NCBI GenBank assembly: GCA_040285855.1
Contig: JAUFOQ010000013.1
Location: 62,001-126,000, forward strand
From: Eukaryota sp. GEM-RC1
Taxonomy: Eukaryota
Length of the DNA stretch: 64,000 nucleotides
Direction of reading: 5' to 3'
Positions 27,816 to 40,964 of the stretch are shown piece by piece. The position numbers were made by a program, and so were the translations under genes. Position 1 is the stretch's first letter. Each line of letters begins with the position of its first letter. The notes below the pieces were generated by a model that saw only the letters and a list, made by a program, of their open reading frames with translations, was not told the DNA's origin and did not search any database.

Positions 27816-27956
27816 TCAGTAAGTTGGGTCTTGCTTTAATTAATAATTTTCGTCGAGGTGAGTTATATAGCCTTTTTATTAAATCCAGTCTTGATGTTAC
27901 AACATTAGATCCATGTGCTCAAATTTATGTTAATGGTAAGGTTGTTAAAAAGTTAA

Positions 27957-28707
27957 GATAAGATCATCGGAACTCGGGCCAGGTCATGTCTCGGGTCACG
28001 AACAACTTTACACTCACAACCATACTTGTGGATCACAAACACATGTGATCACACTGGCCTTTTTTTGTGATCACATCAATTGTGATTCAAATGTGATCCA
28101 TACTGAAGTGAAGTCATTAATATAATACTGTACATGTATGTGATAATCCTAGACCAGTTTTAATTGTTCAACAACACTCTACAGTTTAGAGCACAAGTTT
28201 AGAGTCTAATCTGGTGCTCAAAAACTACATTTACCATTTCCCCACAATGTCATCACTTCGTTTTCTCCAATCCGATTGTAACAAGGACAATCCGGTTTAC
28301 CAGCCTGTGAAAGTTCGTGAAAACACATCAAGTAAGGAAGACTTTCAATGTCAAGGGTGCTATACGATATCAAACAGTAATATACGGTATCATACAATAG
28401 ATTTTACCACAAAACTTACTATTTCTGAAGTCATTAATTTGACTGTCCATCAATGGTGGTACTCTGTTGGTAAACAGCTTTATTTTTTTAGCATAAAGTA
28501 ATTCAGCTATGAAACACAACAGATTATACACCCAATGTAGTTGATCAAGACAAGCAACAGGTCAGGTCAAGATACCTACCATCGGATCAAAGGTCAGGTC
28601 AAGATATCAAGCAACAGGTCAAAGGTCAGGTCAAGATACCTTCCATCGGGTCAAAGGTCAGGTCAAGATAGCGTCAAGACTTTGACCTGACCTGTGACCT
28701 GATATCT
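27957..28707. mobile_element. Possible TTAA-flanked non-autonomous DNA transposon with AGGTCA subterminal repeats
   Basis: TTAA at 27953-27956 and 28708-28711, GA...CT termini, multiple AGGTCAGGTCAAGATA repeats at 28558-28670 and inverted TGACCTGACC at 28683-28702. Confidence 0.45.
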
Positions 28708-29554
28708 TTAACAGCCTTAGTTAATGGCTTCAATTCAAAACGTTTCAAACACCTAGAAATCATCCTTTTATAGAACAAAAACACTAAAATAAACACAAAA
28801 ACAGAAGAGAAATACTGTATACAGCTGAAAAACGTACAGTTGATTTGTATTCCAAAGATGTGGCTAAACTCAATCAAAATTTCTATTCAAAATTTATATT
28901 TGTTCCATTTGCTATTTCTATTTTCGGTCGTATTGGTGAAATGGCTTCCAAGTTTTAACTGATTTTGGATCTATGTGTAAGTCTGAGAATAAGAGATTTA
29001 ACTTATCAATTTGGCATAACCGTTTGATTTTTTTCTTTGTTTCGTTCGGTGCCTAATTTTTTTAAATCAATTTTCACAAAGTTGTATAAAAACTGTGGTA
29101 CTGTTGACCGGGAATTTTCGGTGTCTAGTGTTTCATAGCTTTTATTATTATATTTTTGTACCCTCCATCAATAAACTGTATTATTTTATATATAATTGTC
29201 GTATTTATATTCCTTATATTATCTAAACTAACTAAAAAAATAAAATTCCATCATGCTAATACACTGGTATTTATAATTAACATGTCATACATGTCTAATT
29301 TGTGTTAATTCTTCTTCTATGATTTATAATATGATAGTTACTGGAGCATTGTTAATTATTTTAATAATGAATGAATTCTTAATGCGGGATACAAATGAAT
29401 CTGTTTTTGTTTTTAAAAAAGATAAACTTAATATATTATCTATTGCTGTTTTGTTACTTGCAATATCTATTTATGACATACAAATATATGTTACTGGAAA
29501 AATGAGTGAATTCCGTCAAAGTGAGTAAATAATTAATTCTTACTCTACTTCTCA

Positions 29555-29920
29555 ATGTATAATTTCATTGTTGTCCCCGAACTAGAGCGTATTCTTATCC
29601 GCGTTTCAATCTCAAGAATTTTCACTACTTTCCCTTTTGGTGCATTGAATCCATCTTTTAACATAGCACTTCCTTTACTTACTCCTCAACTTTCAATTCA
29701 ACTGACTGAAGATGTTACTTTCTTAGAACTTGATGCAACAACCGCAATGTACATCAAAGCACATGATAAATCCCTTTACTTTGCAACCATCCCTTGCTAA
29801 AATCAACAATACCGGACCGTCTCCTTATTCCGGTGAACCTCTTGCAAATGTGTTATTTGAGCAAACGTTATCAGCACTTCAGCATCTTGACATCTTCTCT
29901 GGACTTACAGTCTTGCTTCA
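29555..29920 (+). pseudogene. Cassette-family protein (MYNFIVVPELERI...LAK...LFEQ..DIFS), frameshifted
   Basis: Family motifs across a frameshift at ~29790; preceded by the bipartite motif (TGA 29503/29522). Confidence 0.55.
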
Positions 29921-30187
29921 CACCAGGTCCCATATGACCAATAGTTGGAGACTGCAATCGTCCCTTATTTCCTCCTGAATCTTCAATGCTAGTGCCACTA
30001 CATTTATGGGCTAGTCTGTAATACTCATTATATCAGGATCGCACTATTACTGTGCAACATCGTTTGGTTGCAATACGGTTGTTTCTACTAAATTTTGAGT
30101 AGCCGTATTTGTGTGTGTCAATATTTTTTGGAAAAAATGAATGGGTGTCACTAAAATGAGTAAATTAGTAATTCTTACTCTACTCCG

Positions 30188-30373
30188 ATGACATATCTTT
30201 TGATTGTTTCTCCTCATGATAACACCCTCTTAGTCTCACAAAAAGACGATGGTACAATGGATGCAACCGTACGTGGTCACTCAGAATTAGTTAATTACTT
30301 AGAAGATCATGTTTATTACATTTTTGAAAATGAATTCGATAAACCCTTCATATTTTGCAAATCTCGTGATTAA
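30188..30373 (+). CDS. Unknown 61-aa protein in the cassette array
   Basis: ATG-initiated ORF after the bipartite motif (TGA 30138/30157); leader AATTCTTACTCTACT shared with the 29555 gene. Confidence 0.5.
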   Translation: MTYLLIVSPHDNTLLVSQKDDGTMDATVRGHSELVNYLEDHVYYIFENEFDKPFIFCKSRD

Positions 30374-30437
30374 TAAAGTGAATGGTTGTAATTAAAATGA
30401 TTAAAGTTCAATTTGTATTTTCATCCCCCGAACTTAA

Positions 30438-30809
30438 ATGCCTTTCTCTTTGTTTGTCATCCCCAGCTTAGAATCGTTCGTGATTTCTTTCTATCCATAT
30501 GAAGTGCTTAATCCAACCACGTTTCAATTTACGTGTTCTCAGGAAGAAGCAAACCTTTTCTTCCCTAAGGACGTGTATAAACGAATCGAAGTATCGGATG
30601 CAGTGAATCTTGTGTTGATACCTGAAGAAGATGCGGATCTCATGGAAAATTCTGAAGAATGGAAGATGATACATGGATACGAATTGTCCAAGATGTTTGT
30701 CTTTGGTTCCCCAGATGCTCCCAATCATGGGATCAAGAATGTAGAAACGCAGTTATTGTTCAATACTGTGTTTGATTTACACGACCAGAAGATGTTCTCT
30801 TGGCACTAA
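30438..30809 (+). CDS. Cassette-family protein, 123 aa, intact
   Basis: MPFSLFVIPSLESF...GYELSKMF...QLLFNTVFDLHDQKMFSWH*; bipartite motif at TGA 30379/30398. Confidence 0.65.
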   Translation: MPFSLFVIPSLESFVISFYPYEVLNPTTFQFTCSQEEANLFFPKDVYKRIEVSDAVNLVLIPEEDADLMENSEEWKMIHGYELSKMFVFGSPDAPNHGIKNVETQLLFNTVFDLHDQKMFSWH

Positions 30810-30991
30810 GCTTTGAAAATACCACTTTGGAAAACTCAATTTTATCACCCCGAGCCCACGTATTAGTATGTGGATTGATGAGGTTACGCGTATATTAATT
30901 ACCTCGGCTCGAAAAGCGTTATTTATTTTTTTAGAAAAGTGAATGAACTACAATAAAGTGAGGAAAGTAGAATTTGTATTTTCTACTCACA

Positions 30992-31320
30992 ATGAACTAC
31001 ACTCTTATCGCAGTTCCCGAACTTGAATCTTTTGCCGTTGTGGATCACCCATTATGCCCGGCTAAAAACAAATTTCCCCCATGTGAAGGACTTGCTCTCC
31101 CTAGAATCGAGATATTACACAACGTCAGTCTCGTCACTTTGACGAAAAATCAGTGGAATGCCCTACCTTCCCGAACAGCTTTGACCCTTTACGGGGGGAT
31201 TTGAGTTGGCAAAAATGCTGACTTTCGATATTTCTTGCGACATGATGGAAGGGGGAGTTGCAGACTCTCTTCGCCGCTGTTCAAGAGATTTATGAGCTCG
31301 GGATTTTCTCCTGGTTTTAG
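30992..31320 (+). CDS. Cassette-family protein with two frameshifts in G-runs
   Basis: MNYTLIAVPELESF...GFELAKML...QTLFAAVQEIYELGIFSWF*; bipartite motif at TGA 30940/30959. Confidence 0.6.
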
Positions 31321-31412
31321 TTCTTGAAAATACCACTTTGGAAATATCTCGTTAAGAGTTTCAATCTTGGTCTGATGTCGAAGAGCCTACTATTGAATTC
31401 AGAAATAATAAG

Positions 31413-31664
31413 ATGTATTCCAATTTCACGGATGTAGAATTTCTTAAAAATGATCGTTTAGGTCCTACAGGAAACCCCATCCCCTCAGATGACGAATCAA
31501 CAGAACCAATCATTGAGGTTTCGACTATTTCAGTTTCCCCCACTCCTTTAACCGTTTTCTATTCATCTTCAGGAGAGGAACCAGAAGAATTATCAATTGC
31601 TGCATTTACTTCAGTCCCAATTATGTTTGATTCATCTTCAGATGATGAGGAATTACTCTTCTAG
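31413..31664 (+). CDS. Acidic Ser/Pro-rich ORF of unknown function
   Basis: 83-aa ORF ending DSSSDDEELLF; composition like the acidic tails of other cassette ORFs. Confidence 0.35.
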   Translation: MYSNFTDVEFLKNDRLGPTGNPIPSDDESTEPIIEVSTISVSPTPLTVFYSSSGEEPEELSIAAFTSVPIMFDSSSDDEELLF

Positions 31665-31946
31665 AACCTAGTTCTGGACCACTCTTCTCTTCTTTCAAGG
31701 TCCCAGGTACCTCCCCAATTAGCAGAATCACAATGCCGAATCCTCCTAGCTGTTGTTTCCTTTTTCTCATACACAGTTGGTTGGCCTAGGCTACACGTCT
31801 TGCCACTCTCTCATGAATTATGATGATGCTCTTGAGTTTGAAGAACCTGTGGAAGAAGAAATTCTTGCAGCTGAAGATATGGTTAATCACAAGCTTACAA
31901 ATTTAACAATCTAATAGATTGAAATTGGTGCATTATTTTGACCAAA

Positions 31947-34900
31947 TTGTAGCAAACAAACAAATTGAAAATTATTGAAATTCTGAGTAGCGAAAATTCC
32001 TTCCTCGACTGAATAGAATTACAAAAACACATTGAAGCAAATATACAACGTATAAAAAACACACGTTCAAATCCAACACTAACAGAACAAAAAACATCAA
32101 ATTCAATAATGATAATAGAAACAACCAGGCTTTTTTGGAAATCATTGTGATTTTGGAACAAATACACAGCAGACCTAATACCAAGGAGCACAAGTAATTC
32201 AGATCTATGTACTAAAGTTATCAGACTCTCCTAATAACAAATAACGTAGACCAATTCTGTGAGTTTGATTGAAGAATATTTTCACGTTCCATTAAATTCT
32301 TTAACACTTCCAATGTTGAAGAACTTCTTACAATGAGTTTTCAAAACTGTTGTAATTAATTAACAAGATAAGAATAGTGATGTGATAATTGTACATTGCA
32401 ACTTTGTGTTCAGAATAATAGTATAATTAAGCCTATACAGGAGATTGATCACGTCAAGAAATGACACGTGTCCACTTGGCACAGACAGAATGAGGGTAAA
32501 ACACGACTAATTGACTTCCTGTGGTAAAACAGCTTGGTATAAATATAAAGGAAATGAAGCCAGGATTGATTGTAGTGACAGTTAAACTGGTTTCAAAATA
32601 GACATAAAAGTTGAATCGGTATGACAGTGAAACTTAGTCCAAATTTCCCTCAGATTGGTCTTCATAAGTTCGTGATTCATTAAAAGTCTGGATCTAAGTT
32701 CAAAATGACTCAGCTTACTCTAATGGTTAAGTTACATTCTTAAAATAGTTTTGATTGTGATTTCTAACTTAACTTAGAAGAAGTGACACCGTCGGAACTG
32801 TAGATAAAAGTGGTAGCAAGACGTCTAATTTAGAATCACACTAGTTGAATTTCAAAATATTAAGAATTAGAAAGTTCAAATCGCAAATCTGAGTTAAATA
32901 TTAGTTATCGTAAAATATGATCATACAAGTCCTGATTTTTGGCCAGAAATAATCGATTTCTGGAATAATTATAGTGAGTAATGATTTTGAACAAATTGTT
33001 AAGACGATAACTAATGACAATTTTAAAAGTTCACCAATTTACAGTTTTTATAAAACCATTAATGTTGGACAAATCATAATTGTGGGTTGGAAAGATTCAG
33101 TTATTGACTCGTCAAAAGGTGGAGGTTTACTTAGACCTTTTGGTTCACCAATCATTGAACGGCAGAAGCATAAATTTTGAATAGTTGCTGATATTCAGCT
33201 GCGCAATGAGAATAAAGATCAGTATTTGGACCAGGAATTTAACCACACTACAAGACAAACAAAACTCGTTGAAAGGGTTCAAAGAATTAAAGCGGGAAAG
33301 TTCTTAGAATAATCACAATCAGCAGCTGTGACATGATCATTTACTAGAAGGAAAGTGGATAGATTGAAATGTCCAGGAAGAAGAAGGTTTAGATAAAGAC
33401 ACTTCTATACGCGGTGTATTGTTGGAGCAAGTCTAAGATGGTGTTTGTTGACAGAATTTTTGAAAGGGGGAGGAGAGAAGCTTTCTTCCCGAAGGAAAAT
33501 CAAGGTTGTCAAAGATAGTGGTGCAAATATCAAGCAGAAGGGAGGGGAGGTTCAGAAGGAAGAGGAAGATTCAACAGGGAGAAGTTGGAGATGTTCCTTC
33601 CTTGTCAGAGTAGATAAAGTGACGACAACGGCAGAGAGAGTACAGCATTGAAAAGCGTATACCTCATCGAATCCACCTTCTACAATCGGGTCTTGGAGAA
33701 AGATATGATCGAAGGGAACTTTGATTTCCTGAGAATACGTGCGAAAGGATCCAACCAACTCACTCAGGGAAGAGTGTCATCTCATCTCCTCAGGAAACTG
33801 GAGACCACAAAGGAGACAATGCTTTCAACACGTTAATCACGGAGAATACACGGTACGTTATATGTAAGAGAAAGAGAAGAGGACTATATCAAGGGAACTG
33901 TGAGATGTTTGATATTGAGAGAACACGCATGGTCATCAATACATTTTGCTTGAATACGACATTCTTGTTTTTGTTGTGTCCTAAGTAGAACTATGCAGAG
34001 TGGTCAACAACAAGGTACTGACCTTGTTATGGAGATAGGTCAAAATTTAAGGAGATTCTTGTGGACTTTGACAGACTCGTCCAGACTCTCCTAGTGACTC
34101 ATCAATACGTCAACAAACATGTCTTCTTCTTGATTCTTTCCTCAAGAAATCGTTGTCCATGTCAACCCCTTCTACAAGACGATTAAGCCATAATGGAACT
34201 CAGTGGCTTCTGACTCTTTGCTTTCTTCTTTTCACAAAAGTCTGTGTTCTTGAATATGTGAAGTTGATCTACACTGGTATTACAAAGCTGTTTGACACTG
34301 ACACTTCACTTCACAATTTACGTTTTTGAACTATACAACATTGAAAGTCCATTTTGCTAGTACATTTATCTACTACTTTATTGTCTTTAACATAAAAGTG
34401 ATTCGAATATTGAGTATTTGAGAAGACAATTAACGCATTTGAAATACGGAACCAAAACTTTCAACTTGTGATGCATATTTGAAAGGGATTTTAATATACT
34501 TTCGGTCTGTTTTGTCACTTTGCGGAAATCGTCTGAATAGAAATCAGAATAGAAAGTTCTTGTTCTCACAGACAATCTCAGTATTTTTAGAAGGAATCGT
34601 AATTGTAGGAATTGCAGAATTCATGACCTAACAATTGGCAACAAATCAGTTATTTTGAAGAATGTTTGATATATCTTTGAAACAAACCTGACAAAAGGGT
34701 TGAAAGAAGTACATATTCAAATATACAAAAATACAAAGGCAATGATGTTGTATTATCTGTAATTTTAATAGTGGACAAAGACAACAATGATGTTAGATGA
34801 ACGACTACATGTACATCTATTTAAATTCGTTTCTATTAATACTATAATACCTTGAGTAAATAGAGACTGATCAATTGTCTCTTACTCCTGGTCAGACTCA

Positions 34901-35043
34901 ATTCTTTCTTCTTGGTTTGCTCCTATTTTGTGCCCTGCTTTTGGAGAAACACAACCAAGGAGCAATTTTTCCTCCGATTATTCCTCGACCGTTTTCCAGT
35001 AGACTACATTGTTCATCTGTCTTCTGCTTTGGTTATGTACACT
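31947..35043 (+). repeat. ~3-kb dispersed repeat, copy 2
   Basis: Colinear with 2183-5143; carries an extra ~190 bp near 34060-34240. Confidence 0.9.
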
Positions 35044-37318
35044 GTAGTGTTGTTGTCAATAAAAATTGTTGTCTGTTCTGGTTACTGATAAACTACTACA
35101 GTACAACTACTTCGTTTTGTAACTTGATTGATTTCATGTGTTAATTTATTTCATTAAATCTCATGAAAAGAAATTGGAGATAAAAGACATCCAACATAGG
35201 TACTTTTGGATGTAATTAAGTTCAGAAATTTATTCGTAAAAAATACAGTATTTTAATACTGAAAAATAAAAAATACAAATACACAAACACAAGAAATACC
35301 GAAACACAAAATACAGAAAAGTGTACATTCCAGGTACACTTTGAAACGTAAACCGACGCAATCCTACACTCCAGAAAACATTTATTCTCATTGCAAAATT
35401 AGTATCACTGAAATTGGTTTTATAATACACTTTATTCACAAGTTCTCTTGTGAGACTATATTTGTCGTGCAATTAAAAATACAACAACTTTTCTTGAATT
35501 GAAATGTTCTTGACAGTCCATATATTTAATGTACTAACAACAAACAGCTATAATGAATTACCTCTGTGTGTTAAATTGATATACTATTGGCTCACTATCA
35601 TATATTATCTCATGATATAAAACAGTACTTTAAGAAGGTTGGCACACAACGTAAAGTTCTGAAAACAACATTGTACAGGTTCACCAACTGTTCTATCTTT
35701 ATGCTGGACTGGCATATTATCTAGAACTTGCTTCAATAGAACAGTCTGAGCAAATATAAAAGATTTTTGAGCTACTGAAAAGGACATTATTCTGAACAAA
35801 CTTTGTGGGGAAAACTATGTAACATATATCTAACCGGTTGTTATACATCATGAAGACGTACGGAAAAAGCAGGTGTTTATATCAAGAACAACACGTTCAC
35901 ACTGTTGAACACCGCCACTGAACCACCCAAGCACTCTCTTCAATTGCAAATTCTAATGATCCTCCTCACAATCAATGAAGGATTGACGATAAGTATACTG
36001 TTTCAGGGCTATCGAAAAATATAAACTAACATATTTATTGTCTCTCTATAATATATCTCTCTCTATTGCGGTATTGCACCTCAGTTTTAACATAATCTTT
36101 ACGGACATCCTCTAGTTGTTCCTCTTCTCTAACCCAGTCTGATAGTGTCAACCTAATTCCACCCATTCTGACTCTTAGATAGCTCCTTTCTCCCTCTACG
36201 TACCATCAGAATATGCTGGAAAAACGGTCAAGCGCATCCCTCGTAATCAACATCCTCAGTAAAATTTGAGTTAACAATGATGCCGAAACATTACCAGACT
36301 TCATTTGTGTCACATAGAATTAGTTGCTGATACACTTTTCGCTTCACTCAGAAACATCTCATAGATTGTCAAGGTTGGCCCTCAGACTCAATTAAAATGG
36401 TTTCCTTAAAACAGAGAACTTTAGCCAGAAATCTAACCGAAATCTCGGTAAATGCCTACACAAATGGCCAGTTAAGCGGATTTCGTTACTAACATTGTGA
36501 GGTCCGTACAGATATCGACTCTTTGGTGATCGCTCATGAAGCAGATGTAGTATTCAATGATGATGTAGATTGGCATTTGGCTGAAATAGATGCCAGAAAA
36601 CAATGTCAACGAGGAAAGTGAAGAGATTACGGTAATTGATGATGACGAATTATTTAGTTTCTGTTCGGAAACGAAGGAGAAAGTGATCATGGCATCTTTA
36701 TCCAAAGAGGCAGATGAAAATATGACAAATTACAAAAAAGACTGTGAAACGTGTTGTGGCTGATGATCAGATTTGTTGTTGAACAAAGTATTTTCTATAC
36801 ATCTATGTGTGGATTTAATTGTGTTTGAACTGTTACTTAGTGTATAATCTTTCCTTGTCTTTTTTCCCAGAGTTCGTGTATTACTTACAGGATTTGAGTT
36901 TCGACTATACAAGAAGGAAAAGAAGTTTAAGGATGCATCCCCCAGAGCATCTACTTTCCTACATCATCACCCCCTGATGACCATTCACTGAATGAATTTC
37001 TTACATATCAGTAAAAAGATGAGGCCTCTAGAAATAATTTGACTGAGGTGTTTACAATCTTGGATTTTTATGATGATGTGAACAAACTTACAGCAAAGTT
37101 GAAGTTGGACATGCCGCCTGATCAATGAATGGTAGTATCGCTCAATTGAAGATGATAAGTTATCAAATAACTTGTGAGCATGCATCAATGATAATCAAAG
37201 AATTTTACTGTACACCCACGAATGTGATTATCAGGAAATCACGCAGCAAATTTTACAAAGAATTGATTGACTCCATTCTTACTACTTGGACAACACATGC
37301 TAGTGAATCTCAAACCAA

Positions 37319-38060
37319 ATGTTTTACAAAAAGGTCCTAACCAGAGTATTAAATTCACAATCCGCCTTTCTTTTGATTAAGGAATGTATCAATGTAAAAA
37401 TCAATTGGATTGCTCGCACTGTTGATCCCACTGCTACTCACTTCTTTCTTCGCTCTATCTTTCAAGACGTCGTGAGTGAGTTGGCCACTCGCACAGAAAT
37501 GCACATTCCACATCCCAACTTGGTTTCTTTACCAGTCATTCTTGGAGGTCTTGGTATTACTTAGTGATCTCAACCAGTTTACTGATGCCAGTATTGCGTT
37601 TGCTGTTGTAGTTGCTGATTTCTACTCGGTGAACGACCAATCACTGTTCTCTCAAGAACGGCGTACTGAACTGGCATTAACACTGCAACTGCTCCTAGAC
37701 AAACTGGACACTGCCTTTGTCCAGCTCATCCCTAATCAGCTCCAAGGTCTACAAGTTTTCCTAACCGAAAACTTTTTTAAAGGAAAACAACAGACTTTGA
37801 TTGATCACATCTACTCCTCTGATCCCTCTTACCGTCCTTATTTGGATCTCCTTCTCTAACAAGTACTTTAATCTTGTTCTGAAAGTGAGACTTCTTGCTC
37901 CTTTATCCAGAAGACTTGAAACAGGTAAATGTCTCCTGTGTAATTCACCTGCTTCCCCTGTGTTCCATTCCTTCAATTGTAGCAGAACCGATCGTTTGCG
38001 ATTGGTGACGTCACGATGAAGTAGTCAGTATCATGGCAAACGGCTCTAACTTCGATGCTG
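37319..38060 (+). pseudogene. CRE-like RLE retrotransposon fragment
   Basis: LLIKECINVKINWIARTV, LPVILGGLGI, CLLC..FHSFNC, SR(H)DEV. Confidence 0.8.
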
Positions 38061-40964
38061 AAGTAAACCCTCCTGATCTACTTTGTCATTTAGTACAATA
38101 AACTATGTTCCATTCATACCATTGGTGATAGCAATAACAATAATTATTGATGTTGCAATGATTCCGTCTAATCAAATACCTCGTTTGTCCACAGTGTCTG
38201 TGTCCGACATTAATGAGTTACTACACTCAGTCGAGGTTTATCAGTTAGTCACTTATAAGCCTCGACAAATATCTTTGATAACATTTGCTGAACAATTTTT
38301 TTTAAAAATACAGTCTGATCAAACCATGAGGTAAACACATGCAAATATAGATCAGGAAATAAGTAGTATTCTTCTTCAAAGAAATCGCATCACGTCATCA
38401 GCTAGTGAACTCGGTGGTTTCAACTATGACTAGATTGTTGGTAGAAGATCTTCCATGTGTCTTCGTTGAAAGTTCTCTTACTGAATCTCGGCCAACTAAT
38501 AGTCGTAGAATTAGTGAATAGTACAAATGATAGAGAAATCTTTAATTTCACGTGTAATTCATAAATAAGGAACTTTAAGAAAACAAAAATGTAAAGTAAT
38601 AAAAACAGAAAGAAATGATGTTGTAGAAGGTGGACAACACAATGCTGAAATGTACTTTCACCATCTTCGAAGTCTTAAACAGATTGATCAAATTTAAAAA
38701 GTTTCAATATTGAATGCAGATCGCAGTACAAACATAGAAACTCACATCTTTCAAATAAATACTAAATAAATTTTCCTTCAATCACAAATAACGTGGAGTA
38801 AAATGGTCAACCTGTAAAATGGTCAAATATATCACTGGAAAATTCTACACTTTACTTTAGAATTGAGTAATTGGATAAATGAAAACTCTAAGAAATTGAT
38901 CACGTCAACATTGAAGCTGTGAAAATGACTACATCCACAAATATAATCTGCTCATGGACAGGGTCAGAATAGAAAATGAAGTTTAATTTCTCTCCTTGGT
39001 TCTCATATATGAGGTTGAGACACAAACATTCTTGACAACAACAATGAATCTAATACATTCCACTGTTTCTCTTCAAAAATTCTCTCTTCAAATGATTTCG
39101 AGCATCGAGTTGAGATGAGAGTTTGAGTTTTAGTCCTTTTAAAAGTTGAGAACTGGGCAAGATTTCAAGATCTTTCTTTTGATTGGAGTTCTAAGAGTCT
39201 ATCACGTGATAATAATAGGAGATGATGTAAGAGGAAAGAGACGCGAAGAGGTCATGGAAAATGAGAGGTATTCAGAAGATGACGTGAGCAAGGAAGCACG
39301 ACACTTCTTGAAAGAATGTATGATGACGTTTACGATATCTGTAACACTATTGATCTCCCAGAACTATTTGGAACTATTTCCCAGATCAAGATTCTATCGT
39401 CACGATGTAAAATAACGAGGTTGCCCGAGTAACGGAGAGTAGACCATTCTGGTCCTCCTAGAACAGCGTTGTAAGTGATGTAGGAGAGGTAGTATTAGAG
39501 TAAAAGTAGTGATAAAGAGGAAATGAAGTCTAGGTTGTACCATCTCCCAACCCTTCCAATCCTGGTATTGGTCGTTGTTAAAGTCAGTCCCTTCGTCCTT
39601 CTGGCACGACTTCCTCTATCAATATCTTTAGAGGGAGTACCTCCATCTCTATAATACATTCCCCAAGATTCCATCTCAGCTCACATACACCTTCTGTAGG
39701 ATATAGGACCATTCAATCTAAAGTTGAACTAAGCGATCTCTGTCACGTGATCACTTTCATCACGTTCTATCATTGAAAGTCATCTCAAACTGATATTAGA
39801 CAGGATGTTTGTTTCTCCACTTCTAACTGCTTCCGGAAATCATTCTCTTGAATCTTAAGCCTGATCTCTAACATCAACTTCTACTTCAAGAATCAACTGC
39901 TGGATAACGTTCCTTTAACGGATACTACTCTCCCTCTCACGTCATCATCCCGTAAGTCTCACACTTACATTGTCTCATGACTTCCATACGCCATAACCAT
40001 ATGAGAGTTTTGTGGTCGTGACGTGTTGACACGTGTTAATAAATCATATTACTTACGGTTAGTCATTGGTGGTTATACTATCAAAACATTGCCATAACCA
40101 TATGCTCCGAATGGCATTGTCCGTACGCCATTGGTACATGGCTTTTGAAAATAGGGTCATAGTACAACATTGCTCCTCATGCAATTCCTCCTAGTTTTTT
40201 CTCTCTTCAGAGTTGCCAATCAATGTGCTTTTTGATACAGTGTTACACTTGTCTCAAATCTGAATATTCACCTGTTTTTTTAACATTTGAACTCTTTTGT
40301 ATATCATCAGTTTAAAATTCTTCACTTATTAGTCCCATGTTTATCACGGTCTCAAGAAAGATGTTTTCTGTGTTTGTTTAACATCTATTTCGATATCATA
40401 ATGATTGTTTTACGTGTTTTCCATGAGTTTTTTCCTAGCATTTGTCATTAAAATCTCAATTTCTTTCATGAAAGTACAATTTAGCTCTTAGTGTATGACT
40501 TAACTGACATTCTAAGTAACTTAAGGTTATCCAGAAAACATTAAGTGCATCATATTGTATTAGTGCTATCCAATTGACTGTAAATAAAGTTTTACTGCAG
40601 CTGATCGTTACAATTCATTTACAAAATCCTTTGTTAGTTTCCAATGTTAAAAGTAATTTTTGATCATAAACCCCGTTTTTTTATTTTTATCATGTTGTAT
40701 TGATCAACATTTGCTGTTACTATTATATATCATTTTTTGAGTTGACTAATACTCAATCTTGAAAAAGTCCTTGTCGATTTTTGAGGAAGCTGAGTTTTCA
40801 AAAAAAACATATTGTTTGAAGATTTTTTCCAAGACAAACCTAAGAACGTCATCATAACAACCGTGTTGATTAAAAATGATGAGGTCAAAACCATCATGAT
40901 CTCCTCAAATATTAAGTCAAATTTTAACTGTTCAATCAAATTCGGTGTTGTGGGATAAACATTA

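Larger units (their letters stand above)
26750..29180 (+). pseudogene. 3' half of a CRE-like RLE retrotransposon, interrupted by nested insertions
   Basis: FGGVGF, MRLRLGL, CICS..HVINC, HNAVRD, KVEPL, RRGEL, LDVTTLDP, then AEKR..FVPFAISIFGRIG at ~28820-28945; AATAAA at ~29170. Confidence 0.8.
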
